A stretch of DNA of 64,000 bases from Patellaria atrata CBS 101060. Taxonomy: Eukaryota. The stretch lies in contig MU006113.1 in assembly GCA_010093705.1 (NCBI GenBank), positions 181,165 to 245,164 on the forward strand. The letters are read 5' to 3'. Below are positions 38,421-55,312 of the stretch, in pieces. Below the pieces are notes generated by a model. It was not told the DNA's origin, made no database searches, and saw only the letters and a list, made by a program, of their open reading frames with translations. The translations under genes and the position numbers were made by a program. How positions within the stretch are numbered: position 1 is the stretch's first letter; each line of letters starts with the position of its first letter.

Positions 38421-40927
38421 ATGGGCGACTTCAAGCTGTCGGCCTCTTTACAGGGCCATGAAGACGATGTAAGCTATAGACCTTAATTTTTAGCACTGCA
38501 TGTCTCGCTCGACCCAGACCGTAACGTTTTCCTATCTCTATGCATGCGCTGACCAAGATCCTCCTAGGTCCGTGGCGTGTCCTTCCCAGATCCCAAAGTA
38601 GTCCTCTCAGCTTCAAGAGATGCGACTGTTCGATTATGGAAATTGCTTTCTTCTTCCCCGCCAACCTACGATTGTACCTTGTCCTCACACGGATCCGCCT
38701 TCATAAACGCGGTAGCCTACGTACCATCTTCTGACAAATTTCCCGATGGGCTTATTGTCTCTGGTGGAAAGGATACTATCATCGAAGTCCGTCAACCTGG
38801 CAGACAGCCTTCCGAAAATGCTGACGCGTTGTTGCTCGGCCATGCAGCCAATGTCTGCGCCTTGGACGTTAGTGCGGATGGCAGGACCATTGTCAGCGGT
38901 GGTTGGGATGCAGAAGCCCGTATATGGACCGTAGGACAGTGGGAAGGATCGATCGTTCTACAGGGACACGAAGGGAGCGTTTGGGCAGTCCTGGCTTATG
39001 ATCGTGAAACCATCATTACCGGTACGAAAGAGTTCCACGGTGTTATGATTGCCGTTTGATAGCGGCGCTGATAATAGCATTTCTAGGATGCGCGGATAGA
39101 CAAATACGCATGTTTCACCCTTCCGGAAAGCTTGTACGTTCCATACGAGGGGGCCCAGACGTCGTTCGAGCTCTCTGCAAACTACCACACAAGCACCCTT
39201 CAACAGCTAACTTTGCCTCTGCTGGTAACGATGCCGTGATTAGGTTATGGACTATTCAGGGGAAAGAGGTGGGACAGTTGCACGGTCACGAGAACTTTAT
39301 CTATTCCTTAGGTGTATTAACGACAGGCGAGATAGTCAGCTCTTCCGAAGATCGCACCGCCAGAATATGGAACAACAACCAATGTATACAGACTATTACA
39401 CATCCCGCAATATCAGTATGGTCAATATCAGTCTGTGCTGAAAATGGCGATATTGCCACTGGCGCTAGCGATAGGATAGTGCGGGTGTTTAGCAGATCGC
39501 CAGATAGACAAGCAGATCCTCCTACTATTCAAGCTTTCGAAGATTCAGTCAAGGCCTCCTCAATACCCCAACAAGCAGTCGGCAATATCAACAAAGAACA
39601 ACTTCCTGGACCAGATTTCATACAACGTAAATCGGGTACCAAAGATGGCCAAGTTCAGATGATACAAGAAACTAACGGAAACGTATCAGCATATCAATGG
39701 TCTTCATCGAGTCAAACTTGGATTAACGTAGGGACTGTTGTGGACGCAGTTGGTAGCAGCGGACGTAAAATATCATATCAAGGACAAGACTACGACTATG
39801 TGTTTGATGTTGATATTGAAGATGGGAAACCCGCTCTGAAACTTCCATTCAATCTTTCACAGAATGTGTGGGATGTTGCTCGGAAGTTTATCGCTGACAA
39901 TGAGCTACCGATTACATATCTCGATCAGGTTGCGAACTTCATCACCACAAACACGCAAGGAGCAAGTTTAGGCCCATCTTCTTCACAACAACAAGTACCC
40001 GGATCAGATCCTTGGGGTACAGGATCTCGTTATAGACCAGGTGAGGTGGATGCACCTTCATCACAACAGAAGGAGGCATCCGCTCCAAAATTATTACCGC
40101 AAACAAGCTTCCTCGAAATAACCTCTGCAAATCTCCCTGTAATTGAGAAGAAAATACGGGAATTGAACTCACAGCTCCTCGAACAAGGGCGCAAGGACAT
40201 TTCCCTGAACCCCTCAGATCTAGACGACCTCGCAGCAACAATAAAACAACTCCAGCAAAGCAGACCCGGTAATCCCAGCACAGGCATCACCAGCGGCATC
40301 GACATCGCCATCCGAATTGCGACCACCTGGCCCGTCGAAAAGCGCATCCCGGGCCTCGACCTCCTGCGCCTCTTTGCAGCCGCAACACCAAATCTCTATA
40401 CGCGCACTAGCTCTGACGATAAAACAATCGTTGACCTCCTGGCCTCCGCCGGCGTCTTTGAACCCCAAGCTCCGCCCAACCACACCATGCTCGCCATCCG
40501 CGCACTCGTCAACCTCTTCAACACTGATGAAGGTCGGCTCATTGCCGATGGTGAGTTCGACAAGATATACGCGCTCGTCGAGCCGTTTGCGAAGGCGGAA
40601 AGCCCGAATAAGAATAGCATTATTGCGATTGCAACGCTGTTTATTAATTATGCCGTGCTTATGAAGGGCCCGACTGAGAATGCGGATAGAGCGCTTACGT
40701 TGTTAGATGCGTTGACCGGCATCGTGAATTCGACAAAGGACTTGGAGGCGCTTTATAGGGCCTTGGTGGGTGCGGGAACGCTTTTAAGTCTGGGAGAGGA
40801 TTTCAGGGAGGCGGCGAGGGAGGCGTTTGATTTTGAGAGAGCGCTTGAGAGAGCGGAGAGTGTGAGTCAGGAGGCTAGGGTGAAGAGTGTCGTTAGGGAG
40901 ATGAGGGATATGTTGGGGAAGAGATAG
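38421..40927 (+). CDS. DOA1: Doa1/Ufd3/PLAA ubiquitin-homeostasis protein (WD40-PFU-PUL), 3 exons
   Basis: MGDFKLSASLQGHEDD|VRGV, WD40 repeats, PFU motif DYDYVFDVDIEDGKPALKLPFN, PUL helical region. Introns 38469-38567 and about 39022-39086. Confidence 0.96.
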
Positions 40928-41482
40928 GTGAGGCATAGTACGCGGAGAACGGAGGACGGAGGAGGATAAGTATCGATCAGGGCTTGATTGGTATGATTAA
41001 TAGTGGATTATGAGACAGGGAGGATTTACATCTAACACGGAGTGTACATTAGACACCACATTGACTATTGTACTCTGTTATACTACAGTATACTTCGTAC
41101 CCCCATCGTTCCGCTATATTCTACGAATGATGGTCGGAGTACATATGAACGATGGACTACGAAATACCTCACTAGATCTGTAGTATTCGCCTACATAACG
41201 TATTCACCATAAGCCTATAAATCGGGCTCGGACTTTTCACTTGATTCACCACAAATACCGTTTTGCATGAGGATTGCCACAGACCTCTAAATAGGAGCAC
41301 TTTTTCGTCTAAGTTAAACCTGGAGGAGAATGCTTCTTAGAGCTTTTATGTCGCTCTGTTTTCTCCTTTACCGGCGCACCATAGGGGTATAATAACAACA
41401 TGTAAGGAGCTCAACTCGATCTCGGTTTGAACATCAGGTTATTGAGTCTACTTCCTTAAGAGATGGTTAATTAGATTATAAG

Positions 41483-42811
41483 CTACCGCTCTCGCCGTCC
41501 ATAATCATCTCTACTTTGCTCCTTTCTATCTCTACTTCTGTCACGTGAGTCAGGGCTTCGCCGACGATGTCTGTCGCGTCGATCATAATCAGAAAGTAGT
41601 GAGGGAGAGCCATCGAGAGACCTAGACCGTCTTCTTGCTGGTCTGTGTCTCGCGGCTGTGTCCCGGATGGGTGATTGGTCTCGGGAGCGTGAACGGTGGC
41701 GAACTGGCTCCTTCTCTTTCGGAGCGTCATATCTGAAACGTTTTGGAGTTGGGGAGCGTGATTGGCGTCTACGTCTATCATAGTCCCTGTCACGATCATA
41801 ATCTTTCCGACTTCTATGGTCTTCGCGGCGCCCACGGTCCTCTCGCTCTTTGTGGTAATCACGCAGAGCGGGAGATTTCTCTCTAGATCTGGAGCGGTCA
41901 TCCAGCGGCTTCCGCCGTCGAGGTTCGGTTTCTGATTCTGATTTGCTTCTCGATCTACGCCTCTGTGATTTGTTTTTTCGAACCTCGCGTCTCACATCAG
42001 GACTGTCGAGCTCCTTTTTGATACCAACCGACCTGCTCTTCTCCTTGATTTCAACCGATCTACTCTCCTCTTTCTTGAGTCCGATGGACCTGCTCTCACT
42101 TTTCGTGATGTCAACAGACCTGCTCCTCGACCTATGCATGTGTGATTTATGTTTCCGGTCGCCACTTTTCGTCTCGTGATCATTATCTTCCTTCTTGGCC
42201 TCATCTCTATGCCGATGTCTATGCCTATGTTTCCTTTCTTTCTTCCCCCCATTTCCATCCTTGAGCTTCAACACCTTTAGAGCCTTTTCAACCTCCTCCT
42301 TCTTCTGCTCAATCAAATACGCTTTCATCGGGTCATCGTCATCGTGCCCTCTCATCAACTCCGCCAACTCCCTCTCCTCCTTAATTAGCGGCTTCTTCTC
42401 CTCTTCCTCCTCACTACTCTCCTCCACCTTCTCAAACCCAATCTCGTACTTACTCTCATCCTCATCTTCCTTCTTCTTATACCTCGTATGATCGACCCTC
42501 AACATCCTCCCCATGACTTCCGCCCCACCGAGATTATCTACCGCCAAGTCGCAACTGCGCTGGTCCTCATACTTCAGGAACGCGAAGCCCTTACTCTTGC
42601 CCGTCTCTTTATCCCGGATCAGGTTGAGGAAGGTCGGCTCGCCGTATTGCGAGAAGATGGTGATGATGTCACCTTCGGAGAGCTCGAAGGGTAGCCCGCC
42701 GATGTAGATGTAAGCTGTGTCACGCCAGTCGGTGTGCCAGGATGCGTTAGGGGAAATGTTGTGTTCGAGCTCTTTGCGGTTGAGCTCCCGGATTGCTTTT
42801 ATGGAGTTCAT
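41483..42811 (-). CDS. IST3: RES-complex RRM protein Ist3/Snu17/RBMX2 with RS/RD-rich tail
   Basis: SWHTDWRDTAYIYIGGLPFELSEGDIITIFSQYGE...RDKETGKSKGFAFLKYEDQRSCDLAVDNLGG...RVDH. Confidence 0.95.
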   Translation of the reverse strand: MNSIKAIRELNRKELEHNISPNASWHTDWRDTAYIYIGGLPFELSEGDIITIFSQYGEPTFLNLIRDKETGKSKGFAFLKYEDQRSCDLAVDNLGGAEVMGRMLRVDHTRYKKKEDEDESKYEIGFEKVEESSEEEEEKKPLIKEERELAELMRGHDDDDPMKAYLIEQKKEEVEKALKVLKLKDGNGGKKERKHRHRHRHRDEAKKEDNDHETKSGDRKHKSHMHRSRSRSVDITKSESRSIGLKKEESRSVEIKEKSRSVGIKKELDSPDVRREVRKNKSQRRRSRSKSESETEPRRRKPLDDRSRSREKSPALRDYHKEREDRGRREDHRSRKDYDRDRDYDRRRRQSRSPTPKRFRYDAPKEKEPVRHRSRSRDQSPIRDTAARHRPARRRSRSLDGSPSLLSDYDRRDRHRRRSPDSRDRSRDRKEQSRDDYGRRER

Positions 42812-43031
42812 GGTAAGAAAAACCGACGAAAGGGAAAATTTGAACGAGTGAAATTTTCGTCAGTTTTCGGTGAGCGGCATTGAGTATGTAGAAAGCTGCT
42901 GGTGAGGTGATTATAAGGCTCCTAATAAGCCATTGGGATTGGGCTTGTACTTGTCACTAGGTAATAAAATAAATGTCGGGGTCGGATAATCTTCGGCGAA
43001 ATGTTACGTCTGGCCCAATTTACACGCCAGA

Positions 43032-43122
43032 ACGCGTTCCCCTCTCTATCCAGTGAGGGACACAAATCCTTCCCGGGAGACGAACTTTGAGACTACGATC
43101 TTGTGGATTATGCTGAACGCGT
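43032..43122. promoter_or_regulatory. Two MCB boxes (ACGCGT) in the IST3/SMC3 divergent promoter
   Basis: ACGCGT at 43032-43037 and 43117-43122, within about 180 bp of the SMC3 ATG. Cohesin genes are established MBF targets in yeasts. Confidence 0.6.
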
Positions 43123-43212
43123 AGACTCCTTATCGGTTTCTGTACCGAGTTTTTCACAGGAGGAGCGTTTTTCTTCCGGCGAGCGCGCCTCTCATAGAGC
43201 GCAAACGGCAAG

Positions 43213-47018
<3,806 letters not shown>

Positions 47019-47880
47019 GATGGTGGGATTATGTCTGTTCTCGATGGATATGGTCATCTGTACGAGTTGTTTCTTTGGTGATGGATTTGGGGGATAGTGT
47101 GGGTGTAGGCGTCTTTGCGGGAGGTCCGTTTGTGTATCGTCTCAAATGTGCGGATTTACCCTGATTGAGGGCTTTGAATGGCTCTGAGCTCTGCGAGATA
47201 CCGATGTATATGATGATTATGGGCATTATGTTCCTTTGTGTCGTCATTCTTGCTTTCTATCGGACACGTCTGCAGTATCTCATTTTTCAATAGGAGATAC
47301 TATACAGCATTTGAGCTTCAGATGTACGGCGTCTCGAAACGGCAATGTTGATATACTTTTTGCCGCGTCAGTCCTCGATCTCTGTACGCTCACTGCGCAA
47401 CAAGTGGCGAACTGGAAACCCTCCAGCCTCGATTGACTGCTGGTGTCTGTGCGGTCATCTCCTACGTACAACCTAGAGTTCCCCGTACTCTATCGACTCT
47501 CCTGTACAGTACACCAGGGATGGCTGGAGAGTAGATGTGCAGTAATAATAGCATCTAACTCAGAAGGTTGTTTTCACAGTCAATACTCTGCCATACATTC
47601 TCTCGTTCCTGTACAGTAGAGTCTGAGACGGTTGAAGAAGTATGGTACATGGACAAGGACAGCAGGTAGGAAAAAAAAGTGATACATCTAAAATTTCATG
47701 AGTCTATCGCTACGTGAGCATGACTACCTTCTGAGTATCTATCCTACAAAATGCTCTAGTAGCTTGAAACATTAAGCGTTAAGCGCCTCGCTATGTCATT
47801 TCCCATCCGTCCCATGATATATCCCATGTTTACCAATCCAAAACGCCCAATACCAAAGGTCTAATAGACTCTATAACACC

Positions 47881-50085
47881 TCACAGCGACCCAACGATCA
47901 ATAACCCAAGACCCAAACATACCAGGAGACTCCAACTGCTCACTCCATTCCTACATGAGCTACCTGTTGTCGTCGTCGTCGCGATAATGACCCCTGAGAC
48001 ACCAGTCCTTGTGGGCCCACCCGTTACCTGCTCGCCTCTACTTCCCGAACCAACCACAACTGTCGTAGTCCTCATAACCCTTGCCGTACTGGGTGTGTCC
48101 GTCACCCCTTCCGTCCCTGTTGTTAAAACCCCATAATAAACCGTCTCCATCCCATTCTCCCCCTCCGCAATCGAAATAATAGTCCCATCGACCGTGACTG
48201 CATTTCCACCGGCTGTGAACGTCTGACTAGCAAGTATAACGCTTTCACCTGCATCTAAGGTGGAAGTGAGACCATTCGCGATGACAAGGACGCCAGAGGG
48301 ACCGGGCGCCAAGGTTGTGCTGTCAATCACGAGCTCGGATGCAGGTGTTACAGCGGGTGTAATTGCGGGTGCGGTAAGAGGAATTATTGAGGTGCCTACA
48401 ATGAGGGCTCTACCATCGAATGCGAGAGATACTTGAGTGCCAGAGACGGTGATAGGGCGGCCACCTGGTATAAGGAATTGGCTGTCCACTATCAGCGAGG
48501 CTCCAGAGGTTGAGCTAGGACCGGGAAAGAGAGTGAAGGTGGTATCGCCGACGGGGAGTATGATTGGTGGCATATCAGTGGGAGCGGATGTGAGAGGCGT
48601 TAGGAATGGTTTGGTGCTGGTTCCGACGACGACAGCATTGCCGTCAGATACGAGGGAGATGCGGGTCCCACCGATTGTGGCAGCCGCTCCTCCGGGGCGG
48701 AGAGTGCGGGTGCCGACTATGAAGTTTCCGGAAGTGTCGGCGGTGAGAGTTGTGGTGCCAACGGTAATAGGAGGGCGGGGGAGAATTGGCCCTCCATTAG
48801 GTGGGTTTTCATCTGGAGAATTGTCGGTTGGAGAGTTTTGACCAGAAGAATCGTCAGTTGGAGGGTTTTGATCGGGAGGGTTGTTGGTGGGAGAGTTTTG
48901 GTCTGGAAAGTTTTCAATGGGGGGATTCTGGTCCGGAGGTCCGTCGTCCGGAGGGGTTTGACTATCAGGAGAACTATCATTTGGAGGGTTGTGATCTGGT
49001 TCCGTGTCTACAGGTCTAGTCTGTTGCGCTGGGCGGTTCCTTGTTCTAGTGATTGGAGGTAAGGGGGTTTGTTGAGATGAAGTAGGCCCTGGCGTATCCT
49101 GCTCTGAAGAGTCTTCTTTTCCGGCAGCAGGACGAGGTCTCTGGGTTGGCCCTAATCCCGCTCTCGTCTTACGGATTGTAGATGTCTCGGTTAGACTTTG
49201 CATCCACGCCTTGGAAGTTGGAATCCCGACTCCCTTCATACGGCAGGACCGAAGTCCTGGATAATCTGCGTAGACACTGGTAGGGAATGATTTGTACCGG
49301 GTTTCTAGATACCAAGTGGTGGAGATATAGTATGTACTATGATCGATGTCATAATTAGTGAAGGTATTTACAATCGTTTGAGTAGTTATGAAGTTGCTGG
49401 CAGATATTGGGTCGACGCTATATGTTACTAGGGGCCGATGGGATGTCGTGAAAGCGCTTCGGGCGCAGACAGTCAGAGTGGCTGGCGCATTCGGCGGGTG
49501 GAATTGATAATCGTACGTGACCTCACTATAATCAATGTAAAAATAAGGTGTTGGATAATACCTAAATGGTCAGTTTACGTAGCGACAGAGTTGATTCGGG
49601 TCTCGTACAGAGTAAATTCACCAGCACCAAAGTACCAGTCCTCAGTGACTGTCCAGGGATTGTCCATAAGCTCAAAACTTTGCACATGATTTGACGAGGC
49701 ATAATCAATCACAGATGACCTTATTTCAGATACGTTAGGATATTGATATAGGCTTGTGACGGTACTTGTCGTATTCCCCGTTCCGTCTATTACGACGTAG
49801 AGCGTTGCTACTGTGTAGTTGAAGATCGTGGGATACCACACATGGCCAGCAAGGATTGCAGTGAGATTACAAGGCCCACAGCCTGAACTTGAACCGTCTG
49901 ATGTTGCAATTGGATCCAATGAACTCGTTAACGTTGGATTAGTTGATGTGCTATTGCTCCATTCCGAACGAAATTTTTGCGCTGGGCGTAATGTTAGCTC
50001 GAATCTTCAATTGCTAGTCGATAAGTGTACCTTCAACTGAGTATAAACTCGCCAGAGCCATAAGAGAAACTGTCCATCGTATCAT
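47881..50085 (-). CDS. Large secreted Thr/Pro-rich mucin-like protein with probable GPI signal, 3 exons
   Basis: Signal MIRWTVSLMALASLYSVEA from ATG 50085. Introns 50030-49982 and 49608-49562 join the CGPC-containing N-domain in frame to the 452-aa ORF. PPDQNPP-type repeats, T..PGG...TxSGT.ISL repeats, hydrophobic C-terminus. Confidence 0.85.
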
Positions 50086-51386
50086 GTCGTTCAACATGAG
50101 GAAGTAAAGAAGGGCTATGATGTCCGAATGACATGGACGTCTGAAAAGATGAGTTGCATGGATGGGAGCCCAGATACACCAAGAGTCAGAGAACGAAGGA
50201 AGCAACGTAGAAGGACTACATAACAGGATATGGCAACTGGAATGGATCAGGTTTCGATTGAATATACCGATCAGTGATGCAATACAGTAACTTGTATAGT
50301 GTGCGAAACTGCAGTTTCTGCAGGTGGCCAGTGCTATGTACTCATTGTTTCTCATTGGAAAAAGGCTAGAAAATAGACTAGACAGAGGGGCCGCAGTAGT
50401 AGTTAGACATTAGGTTATGAATACCCAATCGTATAACGTCCGGCTGGAGGAAACGCCCGATGATATGGAGTCGAAAACTCATCTTTCAGCATAGGCTTTC
50501 CGCTTACCCTAAACCATGCGACCCGTCCATCCCAGCTCCCAGAAATCATGGTGCCGACCGCATGGCCAAGAAGCTTTTGATGGTCGTTGCGCTCACGGGT
50601 ACGCGTGATTAATCACTTTCAGAATTGGTGCGTTGGGATAAGAAGCCATTTGGAGACAATTATCCCGTTAACAAAGTAGGTTGATATTGGGTTACAGGGT
50701 AAATAGGAGCCAAGTCCCTGCACGCGGGACGAATGTTGTAGTCAGACGCCTAGTTCAAAACTTCTTAAAGAACGCTAGCCCCACGGGGGTGACGCGGAAA
50801 GTAAAAGAGCGTATGAGCGTCCTGGCTGGTAACTTGGGTTGGATTTAGTAGTCTTCTAGAGCTTCCGTGCGTCTATATTTTCAGCCTTGATACCCGGACG
50901 CAGGATCGAAATCCATGTACAGCATAAAGTCAAGATGGCTTCGGTAGAATCTAGCGAATGAGATCTTCAATCCTCCCGCTGTTCGCGTTCACGGCGTTGT
51001 AAGGTGCTGACATGATTGGAAAACCCGCATAGCGTTCGCGGCCTCCTGATAATTTATTTGACATGAACCGACCGTTCGGTGCTCTTTGCCATGCTGGTCA
51101 CACAGTAGTGATAATTTACCCGTAGTGAGAAAAGGGAGAAAGGGACGGCACATGCCATGATACTTGTATCCAGAGCGATAACGCTGATCAGTGTGTTCAG
51201 TTGGCGTCGCGGCAGTGGTGGTCAGCATTTGCAAACTGCATCTGCACGCCTCAAACACATACACTTACATCAGTGCTTTTGATGGGGGCCGTAGAGGAAG
51301 GAACTCATCAAACTCCTTCGCCCATGACTCCCCCTTCGTGAGATTCCACAGACAACCTCGAAGTCTGCCTTCCTGGAGCGCCGAAA

Positions 51387-53231
51387 ATGTCGACGCGGGA
51401 GCTGCCGAAGCCACTGGTCGTTGAACCAAGCGGGGACTTGTAAGTAGTAGAGAAGCGTAAAGATATAACAAAAGCTAATGTGATTGATAGTGATGGGAAC
51501 GATGGGAAATGGTCGACATTCGTCTTTCGCATCGGACAACCAGAGCAGAACGTAAAGTTGCTCATAGCGACATCAGGTCAAGAAACGTGGGTAGTCGCTC
51601 CGGAGGGTTGCACTCAAGATGATCCTCAAGATTGCCCTGATACTCGTGGACTCGTTTTCAATGACACGGAATCCTCGACTTGGGAACCCAATGCTCTCTG
51701 GTCGTTGGAAGACAGAAATGGCCTTGGGTACTCAGGGAACGGGAGGTATGGTTTCGACACCGTTGCTCTAGGATGGCAGGGTAGCGGAGGACCGAATGTT
51801 ACCCACTCGATTGTCGCTGGTATCGCGACGAAAGACTTCTACTTGGGGATGTTTGGCGTATCCCCGAGGCCGACCAATTTCAGTGACTTTACCGACCCAC
51901 AACCGAGTTTCATGAGTCTAGCGAAGAAAGCGGACCTGATACCGAGTTTTTCATATGGGTATACAGCAGGTGCTTTCTATCGTGAGTTTTGAAACCTCCC
52001 TGAGCGCAAACAGGTATTGACGGAGAGAAACTTAGGATCAGACGGCGTTCTCGGAAGTTTAACGTTAGGCGGATATGATTTGTCGCTCTTTGAACCAAAC
52101 GATCTTACATTTCCTTTAAGTGATGTAACATACCGTGATACGGTCGTCGGTGTCCGCTCAATCACTGTAAAGTCTGAATCATCATCTTACGCTTACACGG
52201 ATGCGTTCTATCCGTTCGTTGACGCTGCAACTCCTCATATCTGGCTTCCTCTGGACGCATGCCAACTATTTGAGGATGCTTTCAGTTTAGAATACGATGC
52301 TGACTCTGATCTGTACCTTGTCAGCGATGGCCTTCATGAAGACTTACTATCAGCCAATGCTAGTGTCTCCTTTGAGCTTGCTACCAGAGAAAATGGCCCA
52401 GCAGTAACTATCAATCTTCCGTACGCAAGCTTTGACCTTCAGACGACAGGTCCGTACATGGGATTAGAGAACTCAACAAGATACTTTCCCCTCCGACATG
52501 CCCAGAATCAGACCCAATATACCCTCGGTCGAACGTTCTTGCAGGAAGCATATATGACCGTAGATTATGAGCGGGGGAACTTTTCCATAAGCCAGCGGAC
52601 ATTTGACTGGAACACGCCATCAAACCTGGTGACCATACTTCCTGCCAACTCAAGTGATGTGTCTCCAATGGGAACAGATCCTATCCCAAGTTCTAACAGC
52701 ACCCCGCGAAGGACATTCCTCATCGTAGGTATAGTCGCCGGCATAGTCTCCCTCATCTTACTCATCCTAGCTTTCGTATTCTACCGTAGAATTCGTAATG
52801 CAAGGCGAGCGAAGAATGAGAAAAAGCCGGTTAAGGGCGTAGACCCATATATCAGACCAATTGAGCCTGAACTGGGTGGCCATCCTCGCTTTGAAGTCGA
52901 AGAGGATAGGGGGATTCACGAGATCCCGGGCATTAGCATGGCATGGGAGCTTGAAGACAAAGACAAAAGAACACACGAGATGATGGGTGCTCCTATGGTA
53001 TGGGAGCTAGAAGATACGGGTAAAACTGAACTTGCGGTGTCTGAGCATGAGGTCAAAAGCATCTCGACTGACACAAGAGCGTCAGACACGGAGGTGGAGA
53101 GTGATGTAGAAGAGAATAGGACCGGGTCGACGGTCGTGTCCCCGGTGTCCCCCTTGTCCCCGGCCTGGCTCAGAGCTCAAGAAGATCTTGCAGCGTTCAG
53201 TACGGTATCTCCGCGCAGCCCCCGTCCCTGA
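51387..53231 (+). CDS. Membrane-anchored pepsin-fold (A1) aspartic protease homologue, probably inactive; N-terminus uncertain
   Basis: MSTRELPKPLVVEPSGDF|DGNDGKWSTF..RIGQPEQ, GSLTLGGYD, TLGRTFLQEAYMTVDYERGNFSISQ, TM helix LIVGIVAGIVSLILLILAFVFY followed by RR. Introns about 51440-51490 and 51983-52035. Confidence 0.85.
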
Positions 53232-53863
53232 AAATGTGGCAATGGGGTAAAGAATGGAATGGATGATACCAAGAACCGAAAGCTGTGAACATAGGACCGA
53301 AGAGGTCTCTCGGATATTTCACCCAGGGTCGAACGAGGAGAATCGTTACACTCAGTCAGAAATACCTAGGGAAATCTGCCCCGAGCAACGACACCACACC
53401 CGAGTCAGCTCTCGTTAACTTGACTGCGTGCAGTCATAGATGAGGGGTGACGAGTAAGGTTAGGTTGAGATAGAATGTGGTGCCAACACTCATTAAGTGG
53501 ACGAGAACGTTTCCCTAGCTTGTCGATAGGAGGCACGGCTGGCTCCTAGGGGGTAGTGCCATCGCAAGGAAAAGGCCCGGGGCGACCCACGTGACGGACA
53601 ATTGAGGAAAAATTCTGTGACAGGATCATCCAAATAAGATACGGGAAGAGAGCCTTACGAACATCTTATCATAATCTGTAATAAACAATGTATTCTTCGT
53701 GACAGCTGGGTATTTCCATCTTATCTCCATTTGATCTTTCACCTATTCCGTTCTCTCACCTCAATGCTGTATACCTTACACCACAAAACTAAGACCGCTA
53801 ACAGAAGAAATCATATCTATTAATTCGCAGCCCTAAGAGAACTCCCAACGTACCTTACCTTAT

Positions 53864-55312
53864 CTACTCCCTCCCTAGCATCTCCGCCACATCAGCATCT
53901 AGTCCATCCATCGCATCTCCTTCAAACTCGGCAAACTCATCTCCAGCTGCCGAGATCTTCCTTCTTTTTGCGCTGGCCACTGGAACTCCATTTCCCAATT
54001 CCTCGCTCCTGCCCCTCACAACCGCCAGGCTGGATAAAAGATCCGCACCGGGAATTTGTAATGGCGCTTGTACAGCTGCTGGAGGTTCCTTACTGGTAGT
54101 ATATGCGGAAGGCGTGTCAGTGAAGCTTAGAGCTTGAGCTGACGGACTACCAATAGGGGTGAGACTTTCGAAAGGTGGTGGCGTAAGTGTTTCTACGTTT
54201 GGTCTCTCTGGCTCCTCGGGCGTAGCGGATGTGTGAGATGTCAACGGTGTCGGTTCTGCGGAGAGGCCCCTCATAATACCGTCCTCAACTTCCCTTTTCT
54301 TAGCTTCAATACTTGCTTTTCGGACAGAAAGATCATCTTTTTGCGCATTGTCTTGTAAGAGCTGCGCACGGTTGTTTTCAAGAAGAGTTTCTAGTCCAGC
54401 AATAAGAGCTTGACGGGCCTTAATACTTTCTGCGACAGCACCTTCAGCATTAGCTAGCGACTTAAGAAGGGACGAGAGGCGAGCCGCATGGACTGGTGGA
54501 GTAGGCTGAGGGGTCGAGGGATCCGCGAGCTTTTCATATTCCGCATTGGAGTTGGTAATTAATGGTTTAGAGGTTACCGACGCTTTAGATAGAGCGATCT
54601 GGAGAGGTACGAGAGGTTGTAACTCGGCGGGAGCGGAGCCACTACTGTTAGAAAAAAGAGAGCCACCCAATGCAGGTTTCTTGCCTGTGCCACGGCTTTT
54701 GTCGAGATCTGCCGTGCAGTTGTCAGTATATACGTCAGTGTAAGACAAATAGAAGCATACCATCTACACGTCGTTCAAGATCTTCCTGGACACCCTGATC
54801 GAATATTTGACGCGCTCGCCAAACTTCAATAACCCGTCTGAGTTTCTGCTGGATATCCTGAGTTGCACCCTTGTATGCTACCGCTGTGGCCTCTGCAATG
54901 ATCTATTTACAGTCAGATTCCTGTGATATGGATGAGGCCTGGTATAATCTTACTGGTCCAAAAGCAAGGACGAACTCGTTCTTTCGGCGTGCTTTCGATT
55001 GTTGAACAACTTCTGTAACAGCTATTAGAGAGGATAGTGACTCGAGATCGAAGGTGCGTACCGTTGGCGAGATATATGAGATTTAATCTCCTGCTTGCTG
55101 GAGAATCCTTCAATCGCTGCATCCATAGTTGAGCTGTCCTGTCTGCATGTCTCCTATAGTGGAAAAAAACGATTAGTCGTTGACTTTCACGCGAAGAACT
55201 AGAAGTAGCCTAACCTATGGAACATAATCCATTGCGAAACAGCGACAATCGCATCTTGTGTCTCATTAAGAGACGACATCTTAGACTTGACAGCATCGTC
55301 TGTATAAGCCAT
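53864..55312 (-). CDS. RTT103: RNA Pol II CTD-interacting (CID) protein, Rtt103/RPRD family
   Basis: MAYTDDAVKSKMSSLNETQDAIVAVSQWIMFHR, RRLNLIYLAN|EVVQQSKARRK, KLRRVIEVWRARQIF, PTPPVHAARLSSLLKSLANAEGAVAESIKAR. Several short introns. Confidence 0.88.
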
